64,000 bases of DNA, taken from the NCBI GenBank assembly GCA_934754425.1, contig CAKVIN010000010.1:15075-79074 (forward strand). Reading direction: 5' to 3'. This document shows positions 17,779-26,876 of this stretch, piece after piece. The stretch's first letter is position 1, and the number at the start of each line of letters is the position of its first letter. A program made the position numbers and the translations under genes. The stretch is from an uncultured Candidatus Melainabacteria bacterium (GTDB lineage Bacteria; Cyanobacteriota; Vampirovibrionia; Gastranaerophilales; Gastranaerophilaceae). The notes below the pieces were generated by a model that made no database searches, was not told the origin of the DNA, and was given only the letters and a program-made list of their open reading frames with translations.

Positions 17779-19067
17779 TTTGTTAACGGTAACACTCCGG
17801 AAGAATAAGTAAATTCATCATCATAATATTTATAACTCACATTACTTTCCGTTTTTTTGAATTCTAAATAAACAACTTTTGCCGGACGAATAATATTAGA
17901 ATACTTTATTTTTCTAATTTGTCCACATCTGCAATCTTTACCAAAAGCTAATTGAGTAAACCAATTTGCGTAAAACAATTGAACAACCCCGGGAAGAATT
18001 GGAAACCCTTCAAAATGTCCCTTAAAAAAGTTACTATTATTTATAAACGCAATTTTAAAACAAGCAAAATCTTTATATATATTTCTTTCCAAAATTAGTG
18101 GCAAAGAGAGATTTCTATTCATACATTCATTAATAAATTTTTTATCAATTTTTCCATTTTCTTTTTTAGGTATTTCATCAAAAAACATCCATTTTTGAGG
18201 AACAATTTCAAACTTATTTTTTAATTCAGATTTTAGAATTTTTGTAAGACTAAATTTGTCATTTTGTAATAAAAATTCTTTTCCTTTATCTGACAAAACT
18301 CCTAACGCAGCGAGTTTTGTTTCAAATTCAAAACAAAACGCTTCATTAATAAAATCCGATTTCTTGATTTCATTTTCTAAATAAAAAGCATCAATTCTTT
18401 TTTCCTGAATTTTTAAAACTTTTCCACAACGCTCTAAAAACTCGATTTCATTACCAATTTGTTTTATTCTATCTTCAATTATTACAGGACTTTTTTTAGA
18501 ATATTTTGTTTCAATTTTAGTGTTCTCTTTATTAGATTCTAAAATTTTAATTCCTTTAAAAATTTTTAGTCTATTGTGCGGATTAGTTCTATAACCAATT
18601 ACACCTGTTTCTGTGCTTCCATAAATCTCAATAACCTTATCAGCAATCGTTTGAGCAAATTCAAAAGTTTGTAATTCAAGTTTCGCACCAGCTGAGATAA
18701 TTATCTTAGGGTTTTTGACAGGATGCGAGTCATACTTACGCATAGCTTCTAAAAAAGACGGAGTTGTTATAAGAACAGCATTTTCGAAATTTATATCTTC
18801 CGGATAATGAATTCTTTGAACATTAGTGATATTTTCTGTCACATAAGGTAACATATAATGAAAAGTAAACCCAAATAAGTGTTTTGGAGTTGTTGTAGAT
18901 ATAAACTCAAAACCTTTTCCAATTTCTAATTCTGCAGCAATATCTTTTGCTTCTATTTCCATATTGTCAAAAGTTTTTTCTACAGACACACCATCAGAAA
19001 CAGTTCCGCTTGTATAGAATGAAATAATACCTTTTTCTTTAAAATCTTCAACAAGCTTTTCTATCAT
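17757..19067 (-). CDS. Fusion protein: short acyl-adenylate (AMP-binding)-like domain plus FabA/FabZ-like dehydratase
   Basis: N-terminal part has FYTSGT and YGSTETG (adenylate-forming motifs). C-terminal part has GHFEGFPILPGVVQ (FabZ signature). Confidence 0.6.
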   Translation of the reverse strand: MIEKLVEDFKEKGIISFYTSGTVSDGVSVEKTFDNMEIEAKDIAAELEIGKGFEFISTTTPKHLFGFTFHYMLPYVTENITNVQRIHYPEDINFENAVLITTPSFLEAMRKYDSHPVKNPKIIISAGAKLELQTFEFAQTIADKVIEIYGSTETGVIGYRTNPHNRLKIFKGIKILESNKENTKIETKYSKKSPVIIEDRIKQIGNEIEFLERCGKVLKIQEKRIDAFYLENEIKKSDFINEAFCFEFETKLAALGVLSDKGKEFLLQNDKFSLTKILKSELKNKFEIVPQKWMFFDEIPKKENGKIDKKFINECMNRNLSLPLILERNIYKDFACFKIAFINNSNFFKGHFEGFPILPGVVQLFYANWFTQLAFGKDCRCGQIRKIKYSNIIRPAKVVYLEFKKTESNVSYKYYDDEFTYSSGVLPLTNCFVEKI

Positions 19068-19173
19068 ACTTCCTCTTAAAATTAATTCTTATAATATATT
19101 CTATAATAAAAACACATCTAACAAAAATCTAACAATTCTTTTATAAACTAAATGTTATATAGAAAGAAGAATT

Positions 19174-20787
19174 ATGATAAAAGATTTAATTTTACGTTAT
19201 AAAAACCTCTTGCTTGCAGGAGCTGTATTTTTACTGATTTATTTTGTGTATTTTTTTCAATTAGGAATTCCTGCACTTTTAGATTCCGACGAAACAAGAT
19301 ACGCTGACATGGCAAGAAGCATGTTGTATTCTAAAGATTTTATTACTTTATATTTAGATGATAAAATCTTTTGGGACAAGCCACCTTTATTTTTCTGGGT
19401 TTTAGATATTTTCTATTTTTTGTTTAACAAAATATCTTTTGTTACTCAAGAATTTGTAGTAAGAATACCGTCGGTAATAGCTGCTTTATCAATTGTAGCT
19501 ACACTTTATTTTTCTATAAAGAAAACTATTTCAAATAAATTTGCAATTATTTCTTGTTTAATACTTGCAACAAGTGTTGAATTTGTAATATTTTCTCGTG
19601 TTTCAATTCTTGATATGTTGCTTACTGCAAATATTACAATTTCTACTTTATGTGGATTAATGACTTATTTTGTACAAGAAGAAAACAAAAAATATTTCTG
19701 GTGGATGTTTTATCTTTTTTCAGCTTTTGGAGTGTTGACAAAAGGAATACCCGCCGTTATTGTTCCGTTTGGAACAATGTTTTTTGTCGGATTATGGTAT
19801 AAAAACATAAAAGAGTTTTTCAAACCACAATATTTTATAATTGGCTCTCTTATTTTCTTAATAATTACACTTCCTTGGCACTTGATGATGTTTCATATTC
19901 ACGGTAATGAATTTATAAAAGAATACATCGTAAAACATCATTTCCAAAGATTTTTAGGTAGTAATGAAATAGGACGTGAACATACATTAATATATTATCT
20001 TCCGACTTTTTTAATCGGTTTTTTACCGTGGAGTGTATCATTTTTACTCGGATTAAGAAAACTTATTAAAGACAACAAAGATAAATTTATAACAATAAAT
20101 TTAATCGGTTTTGTTTTTACCTTAGTTTTCTTTTCTGTTTCAAAAACAAAATTGATTACTTATATTCTTCCTCTTTATCCTTTTGCTGCGATTTTAACTT
20201 CTTATATCTGGTTTAAATGCGACAAAGAAATCAAATATTCAATATATATAACAAATAGTATTTTTATCATTTTCTCAATTCTTTTAGCCTGTGCCGGATT
20301 ATATTTACCGCAAGCCATATATTCTTCAATAAAAATTGCACAAATACCGCTTGTCATTGCATTTTTAATTATTGGGATTTATGGTCTTATTAATAATAAA
20401 AAGAAATGGAATGTTTTTTGCTCATATTTAATTTTAATAGCGTTTCTTTCCGGTTTTATGATGCCAAAATTATTTAATATTTGGTATAGTTACGGACAAA
20501 ATGATTTAATGACTTTTGCAAAATATACAAAAGAAAGACAACTTCCTCTTGGAGCTTACAATGTTTGGGAACGCTTTAGTCTTCAATATTATTATGGTGG
20601 AAATGTTGAATATTTCCAAAATGGAAATTCATATGGTGCAAAATATGTTTCTACAACACAATTTAACAATACTTTTAACAATTCTTATGTTGTTGTTGCA
20701 AATAATGATTTGAAAAATTTAAGTAAAGAAATAAAACTCAAAACTGTATTAAACGGAAAAAGATACAGTTTAGTAAAGGAGCGTTAA
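19174..20787 (+). CDS. ArnT/PMT_2-family (GT39/GT83) polyprenyl-phosphate-dependent glycosyltransferase
   Basis: 537 aa and polytopic. Early loop motif LLDSDETRYADMARSM resembles the ArnT DExRYAE motif. Confidence 0.7.
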   Translation: MIKDLILRYKNLLLAGAVFLLIYFVYFFQLGIPALLDSDETRYADMARSMLYSKDFITLYLDDKIFWDKPPLFFWVLDIFYFLFNKISFVTQEFVVRIPSVIAALSIVATLYFSIKKTISNKFAIISCLILATSVEFVIFSRVSILDMLLTANITISTLCGLMTYFVQEENKKYFWWMFYLFSAFGVLTKGIPAVIVPFGTMFFVGLWYKNIKEFFKPQYFIIGSLIFLIITLPWHLMMFHIHGNEFIKEYIVKHHFQRFLGSNEIGREHTLIYYLPTFLIGFLPWSVSFLLGLRKLIKDNKDKFITINLIGFVFTLVFFSVSKTKLITYILPLYPFAAILTSYIWFKCDKEIKYSIYITNSIFIIFSILLACAGLYLPQAIYSSIKIAQIPLVIAFLIIGIYGLINNKKKWNVFCSYLILIAFLSGFMMPKLFNIWYSYGQNDLMTFAKYTKERQLPLGAYNVWERFSLQYYYGGNVEYFQNGNSYGAKYVSTTQFNNTFNNSYVVVANNDLKNLSKEIKLKTVLNGKRYSLVKER

Positions 20788-20791
20788 TAAC

Positions 20792-21736
20792 ATGAGAGAT
20801 AATAAATTAATGATAGTTGTACCTTGCTATAATGAAGAAGAAATTTTAGCATATACAATCAGTGAATTACAAATTCTTCTTGATATTATGATAGAAGATG
20901 GACTAATATCCAACGATAGTGGAATTTGTTTTGTTAATGACGGTAGTTGTGATAAAACTCAAGAAATAATTAATGATATTTGCAAAAAAGATATCAGATT
21001 TTCTTGTGTAAAATTAGCCGGAAATTTTGGACATCAAAAAGCTTTAATTGCCGGCATGTATTCAGTAAAAGCAGACATGATAGTTACAATTGATGCAGAT
21101 TTACAAGACGATACAAACGCTATTATTCAGATGGTAAAAAAATATCAAGATGGATATGATATTGTTTATGGTGTCAGAGATAAGCGTAATACAGATACTT
21201 TATTTAAAAAATATACTGCTCTCGGTTTTTACAAAGTTATGCAAGCTCTTGGGGTAAACATTATTTTTAATCATGCCGATTTTAGACTTTTAAGTAAAAA
21301 AGCTGTTGAAAGACTTAAAGAATATAAAGAAAAAACTTTATTTTTGCGAGCTCTAATTCCATTACTTGGATTAAAATCTACAAGCGTTTATTATGACAGA
21401 TGCGAAAGAATGGCAGGAGAATCAAAATATCCACTTCTAAAAATGATATCTTTTGCTTGGTGCGGAATTACAAGTTTTTCAATATTTCCGCTAAGATTAA
21501 TTACGCTAACAGGTATTGGTATATTTTCCATTAGTTTATTGCTTTTATTATATTCATTAATCAGTTATTTGAGCGGTAATACAATAAAAGGATGGACTTC
21601 TTTAATGTTTGCGTGTGCATTTTTTAATGGAATAATTATCCTTTCTCTTGGTATAATAGGAGAGTACCTGAGCAAAGTATTTACGGAAGTTAAGGGTAGA
21701 CCTTTATATCAAATAGAAGAAACGATTAATCTATGA
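20792..21736 (+). CDS. GT2 polyprenyl-phosphate glycosyltransferase (ArnC/GtrB-like)
   Basis: IVVPCYNEEE, DGSCDKT and DADLQDD motifs, plus two C-terminal TM helices. Confidence 0.8.
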   Translation: MRDNKLMIVVPCYNEEEILAYTISELQILLDIMIEDGLISNDSGICFVNDGSCDKTQEIINDICKKDIRFSCVKLAGNFGHQKALIAGMYSVKADMIVTIDADLQDDTNAIIQMVKKYQDGYDIVYGVRDKRNTDTLFKKYTALGFYKVMQALGVNIIFNHADFRLLSKKAVERLKEYKEKTLFLRALIPLLGLKSTSVYYDRCERMAGESKYPLLKMISFAWCGITSFSIFPLRLITLTGIGIFSISLLLLLYSLISYLSGNTIKGWTSLMFACAFFNGIIILSLGIIGEYLSKVFTEVKGRPLYQIEETINL

Positions 21737-22413
21737 ACCATAAAATATTAATAGTAGATGATGAAAATGATATTTGCGAACTTATTGAAATGTGCCTTCA
21801 TTCAAATGGTTTCAAAAATACAAGAATCGCAAATGATGGTAAAACAGCATTAATAATTGCAGAAAAATGGCTACCAGATTTAATTCTTTTGGATGTAATG
21901 CTTCCGATAATGAGTGGAAAAGAAGTTTGCAAAGCACTTAAAAATAATGAAATAACTGAAAATATTCCAATAATTATGCTCACCGCAAAAAGTAGTGAAC
22001 ACGATATTATTGAAGGCTTAGATATTGGTGCGAATGATTATATAACAAAACCATTCAGCAATAAAATTCTGGTAGCACGAATAAAAGCTTTGTTGCGTAC
22101 TGTAAAAGAATTTGGGATAATAAAATTCAGAGGAATACAAATAGATTTAAATAAGCGTATTGTAGCAATAGATTCTAAAATCATAAACTTAACATTCAGT
22201 GAATTTGAAATACTAAAAACTCTTACTAAATATCCGGAACGAGTGTATTCTCGCTCTGAATTAATTTCTATTATTCGTGGTGAAGCCGGATACGATATAA
22301 CCGAACGAGTTATTGATTTTCAGATTGTTAATCTAAGAAAAAAGCTGGGCGATTATGGTTCTTATATAGAAACTGTAAGAGGAGTTGGATATAAATTAAG
22401 AGGGGAAGAATGA
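21733..22413 (+). CDS. OmpR/PhoB-family response regulator
   Basis: Receiver domain (ILIVDDE, DLILLDVMLP, TAKS) plus winged-helix output (VRGVGYKL). Overlaps both neighbours by 4 nt. Confidence 0.9.
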   Translation: MNHKILIVDDENDICELIEMCLHSNGFKNTRIANDGKTALIIAEKWLPDLILLDVMLPIMSGKEVCKALKNNEITENIPIIMLTAKSSEHDIIEGLDIGANDYITKPFSNKILVARIKALLRTVKEFGIIKFRGIQIDLNKRIVAIDSKIINLTFSEFEILKTLTKYPERVYSRSELISIIRGEAGYDITERVIDFQIVNLRKKLGDYGSYIETVRGVGYKLRGEE

Positions 22414-23762
22414 AAAAACGTGACAAAATTTTAATATGGAATATCCTACTAATCGCATTTATTATTGTTTCACTAATATTTCTCGCAAAAAATCAACTTG
22501 AGCAATTTAAAAAAGCGTATATTTCTGAAGAAATTGAAGAAATTACGTCACTAGCTAAACAAGTTAGTTGGGCAATCAAACCCATTCTTGAAAAACATGA
22601 TTATAAAGAACTTAATCAATATGCAGCTTTATTTATACACAGCGATACCGGATTTACGGTTTGGGCTCCGGATGGAAATATTATTTGTGACACAAGAAGT
22701 TCTGACGTAAATAATATACCTAAAAATTATTTAGAAGAAAGAACTTTTACAACGCCTCAGATGATATATCATTCTATGCCATTAAAAATAAAAAATGAAA
22801 CATACACATTAACACTTTCTGCGACAATTAATCATATCAATAAAATACTTACTAAATCAAAAAAATATATTTTAATAAGTATAATTGTTGGTGCATTTAT
22901 AATTTTTATTCTGGCATGTTATATTTTTAGTATTTACAAATCTTTTAATCGACTTCAAAACAGTGCAATAAAAATATCAGCAGGAGATTTAAACACTGAC
23001 ATATTTATTCCAAAAGGTGGAATGTTATATGAACTGGCTTTGGCTTTAAGCAAAATGTCTAATCGTTTGAAATCTCAAATCTTAGAATTGCGAAAATTAG
23101 AAGATTTTAGAAGTGAATTTATAGCAAATGTATCACACGAAGTTAAAACTCCATTAACCGGTATTTTATCTGCTGTAGAACTTTTATCAGAAGAAATTTT
23201 GGATAAAACTCCACAAACTGAAAAATGTTTGAATATTTTAGAAAAACAGTCAAAACGCTTAAACTCTCTGGTTCAAGATATTTTAACATTATCAGAACTT
23301 GAAAAACCGCAAGAAATCAAATTAATCAAAACAAATCCTGCAATCGCTATTAATAACAGTATTATTTTATGTTCTGTTTCCGATATAAAAATAAATACTA
23401 AACTTAAAGATATTTACATTTACGGTGACAATGAATTGCTGGAACAAGCTATTACAAACATTTTGACAAACGCAATTAAATATAGTCAATCAGAAACTAT
23501 TGATATTGAATTAACAGCTTCAAACGGTTTTGCACAAATTATAATTCAAGATTATGGAATTGGTATTCCTCAAGAACATTTGCCAAGATTGTTTGAACAT
23601 TTCTACCGTGTCGATAAAGCTCGGAGTAGAAATCTGGGCGGAACCGGACTTGGCTTATCCATTGTGCAAAACATCATCAAATTACATAACGGCAAAATTA
23701 CCGTTACTTCTGATAACGGATGTAGATTTGTTATTGAAATTCCACTAATTGGAAATGATTAA
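22410..23762 (+). CDS. Sensor histidine kinase (HAMP-HisKA-HATPase)
   Basis: Two TM helices, H-box SHEVKTPLT, N-box TNAIKYS and G-boxes DYGIGI / GGTGLGLSIV. Confidence 0.9.
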   Translation: MKKRDKILIWNILLIAFIIVSLIFLAKNQLEQFKKAYISEEIEEITSLAKQVSWAIKPILEKHDYKELNQYAALFIHSDTGFTVWAPDGNIICDTRSSDVNNIPKNYLEERTFTTPQMIYHSMPLKIKNETYTLTLSATINHINKILTKSKKYILISIIVGAFIIFILACYIFSIYKSFNRLQNSAIKISAGDLNTDIFIPKGGMLYELALALSKMSNRLKSQILELRKLEDFRSEFIANVSHEVKTPLTGILSAVELLSEEILDKTPQTEKCLNILEKQSKRLNSLVQDILTLSELEKPQEIKLIKTNPAIAINNSIILCSVSDIKINTKLKDIYIYGDNELLEQAITNILTNAIKYSQSETIDIELTASNGFAQIIIQDYGIGIPQEHLPRLFEHFYRVDKARSRNLGGTGLGLSIVQNIIKLHNGKITVTSDNGCRFVIEIPLIGND

Positions 23763-23828
23763 TAATCTTTTTTTATTGGAACATAACAAAATTTAGGTGC
23801 TAAGAAGCTATAAATAAATTTTATAATA

Positions 23829-24206
23829 TTAAGCATAATAGTCTAACCCCTTTTTTTCAGTTGATTGTTTATTTTGTAGTCTTTGTGCTTGCGCTTTTAT
23901 TGTTTTGGCTTGTTCGGCAACTCTATAATCCTGACTTGATGGGTCAGATGGTGCCATTGCAGATTCTATAACAGTATTTGCATTATTTATTGTATTCTGC
24001 GGATTTCTTGGATTTAATGTCGGCATTTTTATTGAAACATGTCCTCCGATGGGAATTCCTTCCGCATTTTTTTCAATAACAATAGCTCCGGCTAAAGCTC
24101 CGCCTGCACGTTTATGTGCTGCTTCGTGAGCATAAATCTGCTTGTAACTGTTTGCAATAAAATTCTGGCGTTGGTTTTTTAAAGACGAAACATTAAAGAA
24201 ATTCAT
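23829..24206 (-). CDS. SprA-related / putative metalloprotease CJM1_0395-like family protein
   Basis: YAHEAAHKRAGGALAG...IGGHVSI...AMAPSDPSSQDYRVAEQA matches my recollection of the SprA-related family consensus (AHExxH..GG ... AALAPxxPSxQD). Confidence 0.55.
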   Translation of the reverse strand: MNFFNVSSLKNQRQNFIANSYKQIYAHEAAHKRAGGALAGAIVIEKNAEGIPIGGHVSIKMPTLNPRNPQNTINNANTVIESAMAPSDPSSQDYRVAEQAKTIKAQAQRLQNKQSTEKKGLDYYA

Positions 24207-24239
24207 ATTTTATACACATCTCCTTGCTTCACTTGTTTT

Positions 24240-24267
24240 ATTATACTCTTTTTTTTAAAGTTTGCAA
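24240..24267 (-). promoter_or_regulatory. Canonical sigma70-type promoter TTGCAA-N16-TATAAT for 23829..24206
   Basis: Read on the minus strand: cTTGCAAactttaaaaaaaagagTATAAT, about 30 nt before the AAGGAG SD. Confidence 0.5.
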
Positions 24268-24323
24268 GAGGGAAAAAATCTTATAAAGTCTTTATATCAT
24301 TAAATTCACTAAAAATAAATATT

Positions 24324-25229
24324 CTACTGTTGTAGTACAGCATTTATAAATTCTGTAGAATTAAAATTTTCCAAATCGTTCATTTGTTCGCCAACACCAA
24401 CTAATTTAACAGGTAAACCTAATTCTTTTGCTATTGCAATAACAATTGCTCCTTTGGCTGAACCATCCAGTTTTGTTAACGCTACTGCCGTCAAATTCAC
24501 GCACTCTTTAAAGACTTTTGCTTGTTGTAAGCCATTTTGTCCTGTGTTAGCATCAATCACCAAAATACTTTCTCTAAGTTCATTTGGAGCATTTTTATCT
24601 ATTACTGTTTTGATTTTAGAAAGTTCTTCCATCAAATTGAATTTATTTTGAAGTCTTCCGGCTGTATCAACCAAAATGACATCATAATTTTCTTTGCGTG
24701 CTTTTTGAATAGCTTCATAAACAACGGAAGCCGGATCTGCTTTGTCACGCCTTACAATATCAGCGCCGGAACGCTTTGACCAAATATCAACCTGCTCTTC
24801 TGCTGCGGCTCTAAACGTGTCACCTGCAGCAATAAGAACCTTTTTACCATCTTGTTTAAAACGATAAGCAAGTTTTCCAATTAAAGTCGTTTTTCCGGCA
24901 CCATTTACTCCGGTAATAAAATATATATTGAGTTCTTTTTCTTTATAATTAAGTTCGCAAGAACCGGCTTCATCAAGCGTTTTAAGGAATTCATTTTGCA
25001 AAAATTCTTTAACTTGTGAAGGTTTAATTTTATTTTGACCTCTTAACTTATCAACCAATTCTGCAGCATAATTCACTCCTAAATCTGCACTTATGAGTGT
25101 ATCTTCCATATCATCAAGTACAAATTCAGAGAATTCTGCCTCATCCGCAACCGTGTCAACTACATTGCCAACCAAAGATTGTGCGGTTTTTGATACTGTA
25201 TTTTTAAGTTTGTCAAAAAAGTTAAACAT
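24324..25229 (-). CDS. ftsY: Signal recognition particle receptor FtsY
   Basis: NG domain with GVNGAGKTTLIGKLA, DTAGR and TKLDG motifs. Confidence 0.95.
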   Translation of the reverse strand: MFNFFDKLKNTVSKTAQSLVGNVVDTVADEAEFSEFVLDDMEDTLISADLGVNYAAELVDKLRGQNKIKPSQVKEFLQNEFLKTLDEAGSCELNYKEKELNIYFITGVNGAGKTTLIGKLAYRFKQDGKKVLIAAGDTFRAAAEEQVDIWSKRSGADIVRRDKADPASVVYEAIQKARKENYDVILVDTAGRLQNKFNLMEELSKIKTVIDKNAPNELRESILVIDANTGQNGLQQAKVFKECVNLTAVALTKLDGSAKGAIVIAIAKELGLPVKLVGVGEQMNDLENFNSTEFINAVLQQ

Positions 25230-25237
25230 ATTTTAAA

Positions 25238-25316
25238 GAGTTGATGAGTTGAGGGGTTGAGAAGTTGAGAAGTTAGTTTTTGCTTTTCAATCTTTCAAAC
25301 ATTCAACCGTTCAACT
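25238..25316. repeat. Long imperfect palindrome built from phased 8-mers (GTTGAGAA-type arm vs CAAnnnTT/TCAAC-type arm)
   Basis: gagttgatgagttgaggggttgagaagttgagaagttag / caatctttcaaacattcaaccgttcaac, located between the nusB stop and the ftsY start. Confidence 0.6.
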
Positions 25317-25318
25317 TT

Positions 25319-25981
25319 TTATCCTTTCAATCCGTTTTCTACAATAACTTTTGCTAGAACACCGTTAACAAAAGATGAAGAATCTTCTGTAGAATATTTT
25401 TTAGCCAACTCTACAGCTTCATCAACAACAACTTTTAGCGGTGCATCTTTTGTGTAAAGAAGTTCAGTGATTGCAATTCTCAAGATATCTTTATCCATTT
25501 TTACTAATCTTGAAATATCCCATCCGTTAGAATATTTTTGGATTTCAGCATCAATATCATCATGGTGAAGTTTGAATTGTTCAGCAATTTCTACTGTATA
25601 ATTTTTAACTTCTGATTGGTTTTCTAAAGTTGCAAATTCAGCGATTTCCAACGCTAAAATTGCTTTTTCTGCAACATCAATCATAGTGTCAACTTTGCCA
25701 ATCATTTCATCTGTCATTGGAATTCTGACAGGTTTATTTTTTGCACCCATTGGTCTTGCTAAATTAGATTCATGTTCAGCTTCATATGTATCAAGCATAT
25801 CTTTGATATCAATAAGCGAACCAACAGTTAACTTAAGTTCTTCAGAAGCAGAATTTGAAAGAATTCTAACAGACTTAAGCATTATATCTTCAAAATCTTT
25901 TCTTGAATATTTTGTAATCTCTTTATCAAATTGTGAAAACAATATTAGTGCTAATTCTCTAGCGGCACGTCTTGCTTGCAT
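25319..25981 (-). CDS. nusB: Transcription antitermination factor NusB (long form with internal insertion)
   Basis: N-terminus MQARRAARELALILFSQ and C-terminus DILRIAITELLYTKDAPLKVVVDEAVELAKKYSTEDSSSFVNGVL are NusB-like. About 70 extra residues lie between them. Confidence 0.8.
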   Translation of the reverse strand: MQARRAARELALILFSQFDKEITKYSRKDFEDIMLKSVRILSNSASEELKLTVGSLIDIKDMLDTYEAEHESNLARPMGAKNKPVRIPMTDEMIGKVDTMIDVAEKAILALEIAEFATLENQSEVKNYTVEIAEQFKLHHDDIDAEIQKYSNGWDISRLVKMDKDILRIAITELLYTKDAPLKVVVDEAVELAKKYSTEDSSSFVNGVLAKVIVENGLKG

Positions 25982-26034
25982 AAATTTTTCTCCTATATTT
26001 TTATAGGATTATGGTAGCATGAAAATATTTGTTT

Positions 26035-26781
26035 TTATACATTTGTTTCTTCTTTTTCTTTTTTGTTTAATTCTCCATTAGAATCCCCGTCAGAAATATT
26101 TATATCCAACGCTATATCAGTATTTTTATTAGAAAAAATATTTTGTGAATTTATTGCAATATCGACAGTGCCAAGAAGGTTATCGGCTGATTCTACAGCA
26201 GCATTTGCAATATTTTCATACGATTGCAGAACTGATTTTTCATCTACAGAACGATAATATGTATGCCCTTTATGATCTGCATTTCTAAATTCTTCACTTA
26301 CTTCAATTGTTTTGTTTGCGTACTCTGTAGAAATAGTTGTTTGTGCACTAAATATATTATTTAAACTACTCTTTTTAGAATTTATTACATCTCCTAGAGT
26401 ATCCGCTTTGCTTTGTGCTTCCGCATTCAAATCGGTAATATATTCAGCATCAATTTCCAATTCCATTTGTTCTGATTTTGTTATAGTTCCGTTTTTTTGT
26501 TTTTCTTGCAATACTTTAATTCGATTTTGCATTTCTTCAATTTTATCTTGAGTAGAGTTTTGCAATTGTTCCATTTCTTCTTGAAAGTCATTAATTTCCA
26601 AAATATATTCTTGAGCATCATCAATATCTGATGTAAGTTGCTCATTCATTTTATCGCAAGTGCTTTTTAAACTATTGGTTTGTAACCATAGCTTAGTAGT
26701 TTCACTAATTATTTTGGGAGTATTATCCCATTTGCTCATATAATTATCGATTGATAATGCTTTTGACCAATCAAAACTCAT
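26035..26781 (-). CDS. Coiled-coil protein, unknown function (paralog of 26877..27578)
   Basis: 248 aa. Shares DIDDAQEYILEINDFQEEMEQLQ, STEYANKTIEVS and NAAVESADNLLG blocks with the upstream ORF. Has its own bipartite upstream module. Confidence 0.55.
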   Translation of the reverse strand: MSFDWSKALSIDNYMSKWDNTPKIISETTKLWLQTNSLKSTCDKMNEQLTSDIDDAQEYILEINDFQEEMEQLQNSTQDKIEEMQNRIKVLQEKQKNGTITKSEQMELEIDAEYITDLNAEAQSKADTLGDVINSKKSSLNNIFSAQTTISTEYANKTIEVSEEFRNADHKGHTYYRSVDEKSVLQSYENIANAAVESADNLLGTVDIAINSQNIFSNKNTDIALDINISDGDSNGELNKKEKEETNV

Positions 26782-26802
26782 TAGTTTATCCTCATATTAC
26801 AC

Positions 26803-26860
26803 TTATATAAAGTATTTTGAAGATAATTGATTTCAATAAATTTTTATTCTGTTACAAAAA
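26803..26860 (-). promoter_or_regulatory. Bipartite module (ACTTTATATAAG box; TTTTTGTAACAGA palindrome)
   Basis: The box ends 20 nt before ATG 26781, with GAGGA SD in between. The palindrome lies ~33 nt upstream of the box. Confidence 0.45.
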
Positions 26861-26876
26861 TTAATCTTATTACATT

